This document shows positions 61,768-64,000 of a DNA stretch of 64,000 bases, piece by piece. The stretch comes from Octopus sinensis (taxonomy: Eukaryota). The stretch covers positions 120,776,001-120,840,000 of the forward strand of contig NC_043001.1 of assembly GCF_006345805.1 (NCBI RefSeq). Direction: 5' to 3'. The translations under genes and the position numbers were made by a program. Positions within the stretch are counted from its first letter, which is position 1. The number at the start of each line of letters is the position of its first letter. The notes under the pieces are model-generated. The model had not been told where the DNA came from. It searched no databases and saw only the letters and a program-made list of their open reading frames with translations.

Positions 61768-61976
61768 CCCTTTTGTTACCAACCCAGCTGAAACCAGCTC
61801 TGGCTCTGAGTACAAATGTCTTGTTTTCATAAGTGTTGAATTAAAATCTTCCATCAAACCTTAGTCACAATTTATGTTCTTAATACTAGCTAAGTTATTT
61901 TACTAAATTCTTTGTTATATTTAAGGTAATTGAAAGAAACACAGAGTATCTCAAAATAAATACAGTAATGAAAGGT
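61768..61976. mobile_element. piggyBac-type MITE, second copy
   Basis: TTAA|CCCTTTTGTTACC ... GTAATGAAAGGT|TTGA; the interior is the reverse complement of 70-282. Confidence 0.78.
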
Positions 61977-62812
61977 TTGATATGGGTGGTGATAAGAGGA
62001 GTGACCAGTGAGTTGGATGTACCTGGGTGGAGATGGCAAAAGGCCAGCAAACACATATTACCTGGCTTCCTTGCCTTTTGCATCAACTAACCATTTAAAA
62101 TAGTGGGGTAGTGATTTGAAGGAGATTTGGTTATAATATTTGGCTGCCAAATCTCCTTCAAATCATTAATGGTTTCAATGACAAGCCTTGAATAGAACTT
62201 GTAAAGGCCATGGGCACAATTTCTTCATCTAGACCACGCAAATAAAAAAAAAACATGTCTTCTGTATTAAAAGGAAACATTAGATAATAAGGTCCTAGAA
62301 CTTTTTTAAAATGTAGGATGGTCATGGCTGGAAAAACTTCGATCATAGGTCTACAAAATCAGAGCTAACCTGGGGTTAAACAATAACAACAGCAACAACC
62401 CTTTCCTTAATATATTCATCTAATAAATAAATTTATTACATGAATTATATTCGCTTAAAGTATTATTGCTGCAAGTGAAAAATGATTTCCATAACAAATG
62501 TAATTCAAAATGTAAAATTATTCCATTATTATTTCTTCTTTTTTATTCTTTTAGTGACTTTTTTCTTTGTTATCTTTCACCCTTCAGTTAAATTTCATAT
62601 GGTGTTAGTTAAGTTTTAAATTATGTACTTGTAGAGGGTTGAATAAATTTGTATGACTTCTTCATATTCAACATACAATGAGGATGTAACTAGCAATTTA
62701 ACTGATACATCTCTTGAAAGAACAAAAAATATTTAATTTTTTTCTCTCATTTCAGAAAAGTGCATAAAAATTTTAACAAGATTTTCTTTCACTTTTTTAT
62801 TTTATTTTCCAG

Positions 62813-62848
62813 AAACAAGGAAAATGAGTTTCTTACGACGAAAATCTG
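62813..62848 (+). CDS. Candidate 36-nt symmetric coding exon ((K)TRKMSFLRRKS) of an unidentified host gene
   Basis: Long polypyrimidine tract ending TTTTCCAG|, donor G|GTAAGA. The open phase-1 frame is compatible with the exon at 40127-40241. Confidence 0.5.
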
Positions 62849-63568
62849 GTAAGAATCACAATTTTTTGTTAAATATTTTAGATTTTTAAATAATTCATGC
62901 TTTATTTATGTATTCTTAGTATTTTTTTGATTTTAACATTGAAGTAAAAAAGAACTGGTGCAGTTTTATTTTTGTTATTACTTCTTGTTTTGTTTTTTTT
63001 AAATTTCTTTTCCTTCTAAGCACTCACTCTGCTGATCACATGTATTTAGCTTTTCCCGTATGACCAACCTCAGGTAGGTTCCATACACTTGTAAGTTAGA
63101 TTAGAGGCAAATCCAGCAGGGTTAAGTCTTATGTCTATTTGTTGCAATTATCTGCTTGTGACAGATCACTCACAACCAGAACTATCAACTTTAAAGGTTG
63201 TTTCTAATTCTTTTTCTACCTTATTCCAACTACCATTTCCTCATTGCAAGATTGAAATTCTGTACGCATTTGTACATCACACTGTTGAATAACAGCCAGC
63301 ACTTCAAAGAAAATCTTATCACAGATCTATTCTTCTGCTCCTGAAATTGTTCAAGATGCTATACAAAATGTGCCATTGATTCAATTTTCTTGTAAGTCAG
63401 TCACAACCAGAGCTAACCCCAAGTCCTCAAAACACTACTTATCCCATGTGGCAAGAAGCTTGCTTCCCATCCCAACCACATAAATTTTTTTTTATCAAAA
63501 CTTTTGTGCATATGTGGGTATGTTGTTTCTGAAGAAATTAACTCAGTTTACCTGTAAATTTAATAATA

Positions 63569-63955
63569 TTGGGTTGTCTGGAAAGTTTGTGCTGATTTTT
63601 AAAGGAAAGAAAAAGGTCAATAAATACTTTCCATTACATTTTTAATCAACCAAATGTGAACCATTTTGTTGCACAATGCATCTCCAGCTTTTCTTTAACT
63701 TGAAAATACCCTCTTCCCAGAATTGAGGTGGTTTCATGGCAAAGAATTCATCAAGGTATCTTTTTATATCATCCAAGGAACTGAAATTTTTACCATTAAG
63801 AATATTCTGCAGAGACCAGAATAAGTGGAAATCTGAAGGAGCAATATCTGGGGAATATTGAGGGTGGGGTAACACATCCCAGCCAAGCTGAAGCAATTTT
63901 TGTCTGGTTCCCAAAGCATCAAGTGCCGAAAACGAACTTTCTTATCTTCCATTTT
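63569..63955 (-). mobile_element. Internally deleted mariner, same deletion as 36187-36689, one TIR missing
   Basis: TA|TTGGGTTGTCTGGAAAG; junction GGTTCCCAAAGCATCAAGTGCCGAAAA is identical to that at about 36522-36550. Confidence 0.88.
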
Positions 63956-64000
63956 ATGTGGCAGCCCATAAAGTATGGAAAGGTAAACATTGTTGAATAA

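Noticed and set aside
63021-63073. AG..GTAGGT exon-like 53-mer
   Set aside because: Stop codons in all three frames.

Overview
AT-rich, microsatellite-dense eukaryotic DNA. From its SINE/RTE/mariner repeat families it is most likely a cephalopod (Octopus-like) intronic/intergenic region; this is an inference with no database check. Most of the window is transposon-derived. It holds three long, 5'-truncated RTE-clade LINEs (one with an intact 599-aa RT ORF), all with a PHD-type C4HC3 finger after the RT core, plus several solo RTE 3'-UTR copies. It also holds an R4/Dong-type RLE LINE in a (TAA)n tract, a Penelope-like element (thumb + GIY-YIG frame open for about 340 codons, with an inverted YRDD segment), Tc1, maT-like and mariner remnants, piggyBac/hAT/CACTG-type MITEs, Helitron-like elements and many tRNA-derived SINEs. 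Only two plausible host-gene exons were found (40127-40241 and 62813-62848, phase-compatible, product unidentified). Most striking by eye: (i) a dispersed set of minimal hammerhead-ribozyme-like motifs with non-canonical cores, including an apparent U3:A8 compensatory variant at 41221-41264, in short Penelope-type terminal units next to (TA)n; (ii) repeated fold-back or inversion structures at retroelement 5' ends; (iii) tandem pseudoknot-like modules in the RTE 3' UTR; (iv) a 597-bp near-perfect fold-back element with a nested palindrome. All calls are manual pattern recognition; coordinates of degraded repeats are approximate.
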